A stretch of 64,000 nt of DNA from Reyranella sp. (GTDB lineage Bacteria; Pseudomonadota; Alphaproteobacteria; Reyranellales; Reyranellaceae), in NCBI GenBank assembly GCA_030684475.1, contig JAUXWB010000245.1, forward strand, positions 826-64,825, given 5' to 3'. The notes beneath the pieces are model-generated. The model was not told the DNA's origin. It did no database searches and worked only from the letters and a program-made list of their open reading frames with translations. Every line of letters begins with the position of its first letter. Within the stretch, counting starts at the first letter, position 1. A program made the position numbers and the translations under genes. Shown here piece after piece: positions 1-8,824 of the stretch.

Positions 1-763
1 CGGTCGGCGAGTAGATCGCGGTGTTGATGCCGATCACCTTGCCTTCCATGTCGAACAGCGGACCACCCGAGTTGCCGCGGTTGATGGCCGCGTCGGTCTG
101 GATGTAGTCGTCGAACGGGCCCGACTGGATGTCGCGGCCGCGCGCCGACACGATGCCGGTCGTCACGGTGCCGCCCAGTCCGAACGGGTTGCCGACCGCC
201 ATGACGGCCTGGCCGACGCGCACCTTGGAGGCGTCGCCGAACGAGACGAACGGCAGTGGCTTGTCGCTCTCGACCTTGAGCACGGCGAGGTCGGTCTTCT
301 CGTCGCCGCCCACCAGCTTGGCCGGCAGCTTGGTGCCGTCCGACAGGGTCACCATGATCTCGTCGGCCTTGGCCACGACATGGTAGTTGGTGACGATCGT
401 GCCCTTGGCGTCGACGATGAAGCCGGTGCCGACGCCCTGACCCTTGTGCTGCGGACGCTGCTTGCCGTCGGGACGCGCCGGCTGGCCGAAGCGCTCGGTG
501 AAGCGCTTCATGAACTCTTCCATCTGCTTGTTCTGCGGACCGGACATGCGGACCTCGTCGCCGTCATCGGCACCGGCCTTCATGGTCACGGCGACGTTGA
601 CGACCGCCGGGGTCACCTTGGCGGCGAGATCGGAGAAGTCCTGCACGACCTGCGGTGCCGCGATCGCGGCCGGGGCGCTGAACATCGGGGCGATGAGCGC
701 CGGTGCCGTCAGCGCGGTGGTCAGCGCCAGGGCGGTGAGAATACGAGTCTTGGTCTTTGTCAT
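1..763 (-). CDS. degP: DegP/HtrA (Do/DegQ family) periplasmic serine protease, runs off the window edge (5' part only)
   Basis: Read manually on the minus strand: ATG at 763 with an AAGGAGG SD, signal-peptide-like N-terminus (MTKTKTRILTALALTTAL...), and the catalytic Ser motif DYIQTDAAINRGNSGGPLF. Missing from the ORF track. Confidence 0.93.
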   Translation of the reverse strand, partial: MTKTKTRILTALALTTALTAPALIAPMFSAPAAIAAPQVVQDFSDLAAKVTPAVVNVAVTMKAGADDGDEVRMSGPQNKQMEEFMKRFTERFGQPARPDGKQRPQHKGQGVGTGFIVDAKGTIVTNYHVVAKADEIMVTLSDGTKLPAKLVGGDEKTDLAVLKVESDKPLPFVSFGDASKVRVGQAVMAVGNPFGLGGTVTTGIVSARGRDIQSGPFDDYIQTDAAINRGNSGGPLFDMEGKVIGINTAIYSPT

Positions 764-926
764 GAACAACCTCCTTTGGGGGCCTCGCGAAGGAATATGG
801 GGGGGTGCCCATGGCGCCCGGATGGCCGCCGGATTGAATGTTTGTATAGTTGGGGACGATTGCGTCTTGGCCGGGAATGGCGTCAAAGCCTGTATGAGCA
901 ACGTCGACACGACAGAAAAGGCAGCC

Positions 927-1601
927 GTGAAGATCCTCTTGGTCGAAGACGACAAGCAAACCGCTGACTACATCGCCAAGGGCCTGCGCGAGCACGGCCA
1001 TGTGGTCGATCACTCCGACAACGGCCGCGACGGCCTCTACCTCGCCACCGGCGAGAAGTACGAGGTGCTGATCGTCGATCGCATGTTGCCGATCACCGAC
1101 GGCCTGTCGCTGGTCAAGGCGGCGCGCGCCTCGGGCGTCAAGACGCCGGTGCTGTTCCTCACCACAATGGGCGGAGTCGACGACCGCGTCGCCGGCCTCG
1201 AGGCGGGCGGCGACGACTATCTCGTGAAGCCGTTCGCCTTCGCCGAGCTGCTGGCGCGCGTCGGCGCGCTGGCCCGGCGGCCGCCGATCATGGCGGCGAC
1301 GACGCTCGCCGCCGGCGACCTCGAAATGGACCTGCTGGCCCGCACGGTGACACGCGCCGGCAGGCGCATCGAGCTGCTCGCCCAGGAATTCAAGATCCTG
1401 GAATATCTGCTGCGCCACGCTGGCGAGGTCGTGACCCGCACCATGCTGCTGGAGAAGGTCTGGGACTTCCATTTCGATCCCAAGACCAACATCGTCGAGA
1501 CGCACATCAGCCGCCTGCGCTCGAAGATCGACAAGGGCTTCGACAGGCCCTTGCTCCATACCGTCAGGGGGGCTGGCTATGTCATCCGCGCGCCCACCTA
1601 G
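927..1601 (+). CDS. OmpR-family DNA-binding response regulator
   Basis: KILLVEDD receiver start, GGDDYLVKPF, winged-helix C-terminus LHTVRGAGY. Start GTG 927 or ATG 894. Confidence 0.93.
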   Translation: MKILLVEDDKQTADYIAKGLREHGHVVDHSDNGRDGLYLATGEKYEVLIVDRMLPITDGLSLVKAARASGVKTPVLFLTTMGGVDDRVAGLEAGGDDYLVKPFAFAELLARVGALARRPPIMAATTLAAGDLEMDLLARTVTRAGRRIELLAQEFKILEYLLRHAGEVVTRTMLLEKVWDFHFDPKTNIVETHISRLRSKIDKGFDRPLLHTVRGAGYVIRAPT

Positions 1602-2961
1602 AAACCTGACGCGAATCCTGCGCTCGGCCAGCTTCCGGTTGCCGTTGATCTATGCCGTGCTGTTCATGGTCTCGGCCGGCGCCCTGTTCGCCACGGTCTA
1701 CTATACGGCGACGGCGGCGATGCAGGCCGACATGGCGGCGGTGCTGCGCACCGAGGCGCTGCAGCTCACCGAGATCCATCGCCGCGGCGGCCTGCCTGGC
1801 CTCGCCGAGCAGATCGCGCGGCGCATGAACTTCCGCACGCGAGGACCGATCTTCTATCTCCTGCAGGCGCCCAACCGCCGCGTCGTGGTCGGCAACCTGC
1901 CAGGCATGCCGCCGGTCAACGGCGTGATCGACTTCGTGCCCCAGCCCGACGCCGCCGAGCCCGAGACCGGGCAGAGTCCCAAGCTCACGGGCTACGGCCT
2001 CACCTTGTCCGACGGCTCGTTCCTGCTGGTCGCCCAGGACGCCAATCGCCTGAGCGACATGCAGCGCGCCATCGTGCGCGCCTTCGCCTGGGCGGGCGGC
2101 CTCACCCTCCTGCTGGCGATCGCGGGCGGCGCCTGGCTCGGCAGCACCTTCCTGCGCCGCATCGACGCCATCACCCGCACCAGCCGCGCCATCATGGAGG
2201 GCGACCTCTCGGCACGCATTCCCGTGCGCGGTACCCACGACGAGATCGACCAGCTCGTCACCAGCCTCAACGACATGCTTGCCCGCATCCAGCAGCTCAT
2301 GGACGGGCTCCGTCAGGTCTCGAGCGACATCGCCCACGACCTGCGCACCCCGCTCGGCCGCCTGCGCCAGCACCTGGAAGATGCGCGCGCGCGCGCCCGG
2401 ACCACCGACGACTACGATCGGGCGACCGAAGCCGCCATTGAGGAAGCCGACGCCCTGCTCGAAACCTTCTCCGCGCTGCTGCGCATCGCCCAGGTCGAAG
2501 CCGGCGCGCAGAAGAGCGCCTTCGCCGATCTCGATCTCTCCGCCCTCGCGCGCAGCATCGGCGAGGCCTACCTGCCGGCTGCCGAGGATTCGCGCCACAG
2601 GCTCCAGATCCATGTCGAGGACGGCGTGCGCCTGACCGGCGATCGCCAGCTCCTTGCCCAGATGATTTCCAACTTGGTCGAGAACGCGCTCCGCCACACT
2701 CCCGCCGGCACGACGGTGACGCTCGGACTGCGCAAGAGCGGCACTGGCCTCGAAGCCGAAGTCGCCGACGACGGCCCCGGCATTCCGGTTGAAGAACGCG
2801 ACAAAGTGTTCGACCGCTTCTATCGCCTCGACCGTAGCCGTTCGACCGCCGGCAGCGGCCTCGGCCTCGCGCTGGTGAAGGCGATCGCCGGGCTGCATGG
2901 CCTGTCGGTGCGGCTGGAAGATCGCAAGCCGGGGCTGCGCGTCGTTCTTTCCTTGCCCTGA
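1579..2961 (+). CDS. HAMP-domain sensor histidine kinase
   Basis: Two TM segments, HAMP, H-box IAHDLRTPL, N-box NLVENALRH, G-boxes DDGPGIP and GSGLGL. Confidence 0.94.
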   Translation: MSSARPPRNLTRILRSASFRLPLIYAVLFMVSAGALFATVYYTATAAMQADMAAVLRTEALQLTEIHRRGGLPGLAEQIARRMNFRTRGPIFYLLQAPNRRVVVGNLPGMPPVNGVIDFVPQPDAAEPETGQSPKLTGYGLTLSDGSFLLVAQDANRLSDMQRAIVRAFAWAGGLTLLLAIAGGAWLGSTFLRRIDAITRTSRAIMEGDLSARIPVRGTHDEIDQLVTSLNDMLARIQQLMDGLRQVSSDIAHDLRTPLGRLRQHLEDARARARTTDDYDRATEAAIEEADALLETFSALLRIAQVEAGAQKSAFADLDLSALARSIGEAYLPAAEDSRHRLQIHVEDGVRLTGDRQLLAQMISNLVENALRHTPAGTTVTLGLRKSGTGLEAEVADDGPGIPVEERDKVFDRFYRLDRSRSTAGSGLGLALVKAIAGLHGLSVRLEDRKPGLRVVLSLP

Positions 2962-2966
2962 GGTCG

Positions 2967-3818
2967 CTATTTCCATGGCAGCGGCAGACGGTTTCGAACC
3001 AACTCGCCGTAGGGTTGAGTGGTAGTCGGCGGCAGCGTCGCCAGCCAGATGAGATCCCGGGCCGCCTCGTCCGGGCTCGCTGCCTTCGACATGTCGTCGA
3101 ACCACGGCCGCGAGGCGTCGCTATCGACGAGGCCCGGGCACGCGGCGTTGACAAGGATGCCGCGCCGGCGAAACTCCGCGTCACCGTCGCGCGCCAGCAC
3201 CCGAACGGCCGCGACTTGCCCGATCTTTGACGGAACGTTGATCCAGTCCGGCCAACGGGCTGATGCCGCCGTTCCCGAACGCACGGCGGCGGCATACTCG
3301 TCCATGGCCTGTTCGATGGCGTCCAGAGTCAGATCGCAGCCGTCGAATTTGGGATGCAGGCTGGCGTCGAGGTTGCGCAGCGAGCCGAACGAACTCGCCA
3401 CGACGATGAAACGGGCGTTGTCACGCAGCAGCGGGACGAAGGCCCGCATGATCCGGCATGTACCGTGGTTGTTGGTGCTCACGAAGCCGATGACCTGCTC
3501 GGCCGATGGAATGTCCTTGGAAATGCGCTGGGCCGCATTCGAGACAACGATGTCGATCCCGCCATGCCGTGCGCGGACGGCGTCGGCCGCCGCCTGCACA
3601 CTGGCATCCTCGCCGACGTCGATTGCCATCAGTTCCGGTCGCAGGCCCTCGCTGCGGAGAAGGTCACGGGCCACGCCTCCGCGCGCCTCGTCGCGGGCCC
3701 CGAGATAGACCGTACCGCTCTCGCCCAGGACCCGGCACAGCCCTCGAACCAACGCGAGCCCGAGCCCCTGGTTGGCCCCGGTGACTAGTGCAATCTTCCG
3801 TCTCTTTGTGTCGGACAT
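2967..3818 (-). CDS. SDR family carbonyl-reductase-like oxidoreductase
   Basis: ALVTGANQGLG Rossmann motif, GGIDIVVSNA, VNAACPGLV. Start trimmed to MSDTKRRK. Confidence 0.85.
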   Translation of the reverse strand: MSDTKRRKIALVTGANQGLGLALVRGLCRVLGESGTVYLGARDEARGGVARDLLRSEGLRPELMAIDVGEDASVQAAADAVRARHGGIDIVVSNAAQRISKDIPSAEQVIGFVSTNNHGTCRIMRAFVPLLRDNARFIVVASSFGSLRNLDASLHPKFDGCDLTLDAIEQAMDEYAAAVRSGTAASARWPDWINVPSKIGQVAAVRVLARDGDAEFRRRGILVNAACPGLVDSDASRPWFDDMSKAASPDEAARDLIWLATLPPTTTQPYGELVRNRLPLPWK

Positions 3819-3854
3819 CGTTGACCTCGGCTTGCAGCAGGCGACAATAGCTGA

Positions 3855-4937
3855 ATGAAGGATCGCAAGCGCGCCGCTCGCCCACTCTTCGCTTATGTCG
3901 GCAGCTACACTACCCCGGGCCGCAACGGGCGCGGCAATGGCATCAACGTCTATCGCGTCGACCGTCGCACTGGCGCCTTCAGGCACATCCAGCATCTCGG
4001 CGACCTCGAGAATCCGTCCTTCCTGGCGATGGATCCCTCCGGCCGCTTCCTCTATTCGGTGCACGGCGATCGCAGCGAGGCCACCGCCTTCCACATCGAC
4101 CAAGACACCGGCCACCTCGGCCTGCTCAACCGCCAATCGACCGGCGGCTACAATCCAGTGCATCTCGCCCTCGATACCACAGGCGCCTTCCTCGTCGTGG
4201 CGAACTACGGCTCCGATTCTCTTGCCGTCCTGCCTGTCCGGATGGACGGCAGCCTCGCCCCCTATCGCACCCTGACGCCAGTCACCGGCGCGCTGGGGCC
4301 GCACCGCGTGCAGCAGCGCAACATGGCGCCGCATCATATCCCGCTCGATCGCCAGGGCCGCTTCTTCTACGTGCCGTGCAAAGGCTCGGACTGCGTCGTG
4401 GCCTACCGGCTCGACGAGAAGCGCCGCTTGCTGGTCGAAGCCGCGCGCGTGACCGCCCGGCCTGGGGCCGCGCCCCGCCACATCGACTTCCATCCCAGAA
4501 AGGCGCTGGCCTACGTCCTCAATGAACTCGATTCGACGATCACGACCTATCGCCAGGATCGCCGCAGCGGCAAGCTCACGCCGCTTCAGACCGTGCCTTC
4601 CACGCCGTCCGACTTCACCGGCTACAGCACCGGCGCGGAAATCTGGCTGGATCGAGGCGGTCGCAATGTTTACGTCTCCAACCGCGGCCACGACAGCATC
4701 GGCGTGTTCGCCATCGATCCCGCCAAAGGGACGCTGGCGCCGAAGCAGTGGGTGCCGACCAAAGGCGGCACGCCACGCTTCTTTGCCTTCGATCCAGCCG
4801 AGAAGTTCCTTTATATCGCCAACCAGGACGGCCACTCGATCGTCACCTATCGCGTCGGCCGCGACGGCCGGCTGGCGCCGAGTTCGGTCCGGGTCAAGGT
4901 CGGCAGCCCGGCCTGCATCGTGTTTTCCCGCAATTGA
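3855..4937 (+). CDS. Lactonase, 6-phosphogluconolactonase/cycloisomerase-2 beta-propeller family
   Basis: YVGSYT start, NPSFLA, VANYGS, GAAPRHIDFHP, YVSNRGHDSI and TPRFF blades. Confidence 0.88.
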   Translation: MKDRKRAARPLFAYVGSYTTPGRNGRGNGINVYRVDRRTGAFRHIQHLGDLENPSFLAMDPSGRFLYSVHGDRSEATAFHIDQDTGHLGLLNRQSTGGYNPVHLALDTTGAFLVVANYGSDSLAVLPVRMDGSLAPYRTLTPVTGALGPHRVQQRNMAPHHIPLDRQGRFFYVPCKGSDCVVAYRLDEKRRLLVEAARVTARPGAAPRHIDFHPRKALAYVLNELDSTITTYRQDRRSGKLTPLQTVPSTPSDFTGYSTGAEIWLDRGGRNVYVSNRGHDSIGVFAIDPAKGTLAPKQWVPTKGGTPRFFAFDPAEKFLYIANQDGHSIVTYRVGRDGRLAPSSVRVKVGSPACIVFSRN

Positions 4938-4977
4938 TCATAAGGGACGACTCGACAGCCGCCAGGCGCAAGCCTAT

Positions 4978-4996
4978 ATGTCTCCAATGGAGACAT
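4978..4996. promoter_or_regulatory. Perfect 9-1-9 inverted repeat, probable TetR operator
   Basis: ATGTCTCCA-A-TGGAGACAT just upstream of the hotdog-fold/tetR gene pair. Confidence 0.6.
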
Positions 4997-5010
4997 TGGC
5001 AGGAAATACC

Positions 5011-5460
5011 ATGATTTACGACATGATCCGCAGCCAGCTCGGCCAAAGCGTGCCTTTCGCCCGCCTCGCCGGCGTCGAAATCGACAGCATCGCCGGGGGC
5101 CGCGCTTCGGCCCATCTGCCCTTTCGCCCCGAGGGACTGAACCATATCGGCACGCAGCACGCCGCCGCTCTCTTCGCGCTGGGCGAAACCGCCTCGGGTG
5201 CGGCGATGGCTGGTGCATTCGCCCCCATCCTGCTCGAGATCCGGCCGGTCGCGGCCGAGGCCTCGATCCGCTATTTCGGCCTCGCCAAGGGTGCCGTGAC
5301 GGCGGAAGCCCGGGTCGAGGCCGAACCCGATGCGCTGATCGAGGCCGTCAGGACCGAGGGCCTGGTCCGCTTCCCGATCGTCGTGTCGCTGCGGGGCGAG
5401 GATGGTATCGAGATCGGCGAGATGATGGTCGACTGGCACGTCTCGAAGAAGCGCACCTGA
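5011..5460 (+). CDS. PaaI/DUF4442-like hotdog-fold thioesterase family protein
   Basis: VPFARLAG...LNHIGTQHAAALFALGE hotdog motif; AGGA SD before ATG 5011. Confidence 0.82.
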   Translation: MIYDMIRSQLGQSVPFARLAGVEIDSIAGGRASAHLPFRPEGLNHIGTQHAAALFALGETASGAAMAGAFAPILLEIRPVAAEASIRYFGLAKGAVTAEARVEAEPDALIEAVRTEGLVRFPIVVSLRGEDGIEIGEMMVDWHVSKKRT

Positions 5461-5464
5461 CGCC

Positions 5465-6007
5465 GTGCCGCGCAAACCCCGGCGCGCCACCTTCCACCAT
5501 GGCGACACCAGACGTGCCGCCGTCGAGGCCGCGCTTGTCCTCGTGACACAGGACGGGCGCGAGGCACTCACCCTGCGCACCGTGGCCGAGCGCATCGGCG
5601 TCAACCACCGCGCGCTCTATCGGCACTTCGCCTCGCTCGAGGCGCTCAAGGTCGAGGTCGCAGCCCTCGGCTTCGGCCGCCTCGCCGATGTGCTGGAAAA
5701 AGTGCCGCCGGGACAGCCGCGCGCGCTGGCCCGCGCCTATGCGACCTTCGCCTTCGCCGAGCCTTCGCTCTACGACCTGATGTTCTCCCTGCCCCTGCGC
5801 CAATGGTATGGCGACGACACCGCCCTGGGACCGGCGATGCGGCGTGTGACGGCCGCCGCCGTTGTGGCCATCGGGACCGCCGACGCCCAGGCGAGCGTGT
5901 TCCGCCTCTGGGGTCTCGCGCACGGTCTGATCGGGCTCTATCGCGCCGGCGCCTGGCGCGCCCGCTCCGACCGCCAGGCGATCCGGTTCATCGCCGGGCT
6001 GGTTTGA
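5465..6007 (+). CDS. TetR/AcrR family regulator (WHG-type C-terminus)
   Basis: FHHGD, HTH LTLRTVAERIGVNHRALYRHF, C-terminal WGLAHG. Confidence 0.9.
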   Translation: MPRKPRRATFHHGDTRRAAVEAALVLVTQDGREALTLRTVAERIGVNHRALYRHFASLEALKVEVAALGFGRLADVLEKVPPGQPRALARAYATFAFAEPSLYDLMFSLPLRQWYGDDTALGPAMRRVTAAAVVAIGTADAQASVFRLWGLAHGLIGLYRAGAWRARSDRQAIRFIAGLV

Positions 6008-6115
6008 CGCTCGCCACGACGCGTGGCTGGAAAACACCTATGTTTTCCTGGCGGCCAAGTCGGCAAAGTCGGTTTCCGGGTTTGCCGTACCGCGGCGGAC
6101 ATTTTGGAGAGTTCC

Positions 6116-7405
6116 ATGAGCGATAAGACATTCGGTTTCGAGACCCTGTCGGTCCACGCCGGCGCCGCCCCCGATCCCGCCACCGGCGCGCGGGCGCTGC
6201 CGATCTACCAGACCACGGCCTATGTCTTTGAAGACGCCGACCATGCCGCGGCGCTGTTCAACCTGCAGACCGTGGGCTTCATCTATTCGCGGCTGACCAA
6301 CCCGACCAATGCCGCGCTGGAAGCGCGCCTCGCCACGCTGGAAGGCGGCCGCGGCTGCACGGTGGCCTCCTCCGGCCATGCCGCCCAGGTTCTGGCGCTG
6401 TTTCCGCTGATGAGCCCGGGTGCCGAGATCGTCGCCTCCTCGCGGCTCTACGGCGGCTCGCTGCAGCAGATGAAGAACACCTATCCGAAGTTCGGCTGGA
6501 AGGCTGTGATCGTCGATGCCGACGAGCCGGAGAATTTCAAGCGCGCCGTCACCGAAAACACCAAGGCTTTCTTCATCGAGAGCCTGGCCAATCCCGGCGG
6601 CGTGGTGAGCGACATCGAGGCGATCGCCCGCATCGCCGAGGCGGCGGGCGTGCCGCTGCTGGTCGACAACACGTTGGCCACGCCCTACCTCTGCAAGCCG
6701 ATCGACTACGGCGCCACCTTGATCGTGCACTCCACCACCAAGTTCCTGAGCGGCACCGGCACGTCGATGGGCGGCGCGGTCGTGGACTCCGGCAAGTTCG
6801 ATTGGTCGCGCGGTGGAAAGTTTCCCAGCCTCGCCGGTCCTGAGCCCGCCTATCACGGCCTCAACTTCAACGAGACGTTCGGCGACATGGCCTACACCTT
6901 CCACAGCCATGCCGTGGGCCTGCGCGATCTCGGGCCCAGCCAGGCGCCTTTCAATGCCTGGCTCACCATGCTCGGCATCGAGACCCTGGGGCTGCGCATG
7001 GAGCGCCACTGCGCCAACGCGGCCAAGGTGGCGCAGCATCTCGAGAAGCATCCGGCAGTGGCCTGGGTGAACTATGCCGGCCTGCCGTCGAACAAATACA
7101 ACAAGCTTGCGAAGAAGTACCTGCCCAAGGGCGCGGGCTCGGTCTTCACCTTCGGCGTCAAGGGCGGCTACGACGTCGGCGTGAAGGTGGTGGATGGGGT
7201 CGAGCTCTTCTCCCATCTCGCCAACATCGGCGACGCCAAGAGCCTGATCATCCATCCGGCCTCGACGACGCACCGCCAGCTCTCGGGCGAGCAGCGTGTC
7301 GCCGCCGGCGCCGGACCCGACGTGCTTCGCCTGTCGATAGGCATCGAAACGGTGGAAGACATCATTGCCGATCTCGATCAGGCTCTGGCCAAGGCAACTG
7401 CATAA
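6116..7405 (+). CDS. metY: O-acetylhomoserine aminocarboxypropyltransferase (sulfhydrylase)
   Basis: FETLSVHAG, PIYQTTAYVF, YSRLTNPT, PLP lysine motif HSTTKF, HLANIGDAKSLIIHPASTTH. Confidence 0.93.
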   Translation: MSDKTFGFETLSVHAGAAPDPATGARALPIYQTTAYVFEDADHAAALFNLQTVGFIYSRLTNPTNAALEARLATLEGGRGCTVASSGHAAQVLALFPLMSPGAEIVASSRLYGGSLQQMKNTYPKFGWKAVIVDADEPENFKRAVTENTKAFFIESLANPGGVVSDIEAIARIAEAAGVPLLVDNTLATPYLCKPIDYGATLIVHSTTKFLSGTGTSMGGAVVDSGKFDWSRGGKFPSLAGPEPAYHGLNFNETFGDMAYTFHSHAVGLRDLGPSQAPFNAWLTMLGIETLGLRMERHCANAAKVAQHLEKHPAVAWVNYAGLPSNKYNKLAKKYLPKGAGSVFTFGVKGGYDVGVKVVDGVELFSHLANIGDAKSLIIHPASTTHRQLSGEQRVAAGAGPDVLRLSIGIETVEDIIADLDQALAKATA

Positions 7406-8739
7406 TGTTGAGCAAGGCCGACAACGACTTCCTGACCCGGGCCGGCAAGGGCACGCCGATGGGCGAGCTGCTGCGCCGTTTCTGGATACCGGCGCTGCTG
7501 TCGGAGGAGCTGCCGGAACGCGACGGGCCGCAGAAGAAGATCCGCATCATGGGCGAGGATCTGCTGGCCTTTCGCCAGACCGACGGGCGGGTCGGCATCG
7601 TCGAGCCGCATTGCCCGCACCGCGGTGCCAATCTCTACTACGGCCGCAACGAGGAGTGCGGCCTGCGCTGTTCCTTCCACGGCTGGAAATTCGATCTCGA
7701 CGGCAACTGCGTCGACTTGCCGACCTCGCCGCCCGAGGCCGCCTACAAGGACACGATCAAGCTGCTGGCCTACCCGACGCGCGAATGGGGCGACATGATC
7801 TGGGTCTACATGGGCCCACGCGAGCTGATGCCCGAATTGCCGCAACTCGAGATGGCGCTGGTTCCCGCGGCCTCGCGCTTCGTCACCAAGAAGTGGCAGG
7901 ACTGCAACTGGGTGCAGAGCCTGGAAGGCGCGATCGACACCTCGCACTTCTCGTTCCTGCACAAGGTACTGGCGACCGACGAGGCGGCCGCGCGCAAGGC
8001 GATGGCCAACGCCGCGCTGGGCGACCAGGCCAGGCCCGACGATCGCGTACGCTGGGTGCAGAACGACCCGCGTCCCCGCTTCCAGGTGCTGGGCCATGAA
8101 ACCGGGCTGGTGATCGGCGGTGGACGCAAGACCGACGGTCGCGACCTCTACTGGCGCATCGCCCAGTTCCTCATGCCCAACCACGCCTATACCCCCGCCG
8201 CCTTCCCCGGCGAGATCTACTACGGCCAGTCGTGGGTGCCGGTCGACGACGTGAACTGCTGGATCTACAGCTATTGCTGGCAGCCGGAACGGCCGTTCAG
8301 CAACTCCGAGCGCGCCAAATACCGCGGCGGCTTCAACGTTCACTCGGAAGTCGACGCGGACTACAGGCCGCTGCGCAATCAGCACAACGACTACCTGCGC
8401 GACCGCGACGTGCAGCTGAAGGAGAACTTCACCGGCATCACCGGTGTCAGCGAACAGGATGCCGCCATCCAGGACAGCCAAGGCCCGATCCAGGACCGCA
8501 CCCGTGAGCATCTCGGGCCGACCGACATCGGCATCGGCGAGTTCCGCAAGCTGGTGATGGGTGCGGCGCGCCGTCTCGCCTCGGGCGAAGCGCCGAACCA
8601 GCCCAAGCTCGCGTCGCGCTATGCCGTGCGTTCCGGCGGCTGGGTCGCGGCACCGGAGAAGGACCTCGCCACGGTGATGGCCGAGCGCTTCGGTCACGAC
8701 CGCGGATACATCGGCAATCAATATGGACTAGGTGACTGA
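7405..8739 (+). CDS. Rieske non-heme iron oxygenase alpha subunit (phthalate 4,5-dioxygenase/LigX-like), copy 1
   Basis: CPHRGA...CSFHGW Rieske ligands, DTSHFSFLH mononuclear iron motif, QDAAIQ. TAATG overlap with metY. Confidence 0.9.
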   Translation: MLSKADNDFLTRAGKGTPMGELLRRFWIPALLSEELPERDGPQKKIRIMGEDLLAFRQTDGRVGIVEPHCPHRGANLYYGRNEECGLRCSFHGWKFDLDGNCVDLPTSPPEAAYKDTIKLLAYPTREWGDMIWVYMGPRELMPELPQLEMALVPAASRFVTKKWQDCNWVQSLEGAIDTSHFSFLHKVLATDEAAARKAMANAALGDQARPDDRVRWVQNDPRPRFQVLGHETGLVIGGGRKTDGRDLYWRIAQFLMPNHAYTPAAFPGEIYYGQSWVPVDDVNCWIYSYCWQPERPFSNSERAKYRGGFNVHSEVDADYRPLRNQHNDYLRDRDVQLKENFTGITGVSEQDAAIQDSQGPIQDRTREHLGPTDIGIGEFRKLVMGAARRLASGEAPNQPKLASRYAVRSGGWVAAPEKDLATVMAERFGHDRGYIGNQYGLGD

Positions 8740-8756
8740 TGCCTACACAGACAAAT

Positions 8757-8804
8757 TGTCATCCTGAGCGCAGCGAAGGATCCTTCGCTGCGCTCAGGAT
8801 GACA
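8757..8804. repeat. Perfect 48-bp palindrome, REP-like element
   Basis: TGTCATCCTGAGCGCAGCGAAGGA|TCCTTCGCTGCGCTCAGGATGACA, with 24-bp arms and no spacer. Confidence 0.85.
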
Positions 8805-8824
8805 GCATTGCCGAGGAGAGCTTG

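Noticed and set aside
3819-4835. 622-aa extended SDR ORF
   Set aside because: The extension is antisense to the lactonase gene; the SDR motif starts just after ATG 3818.
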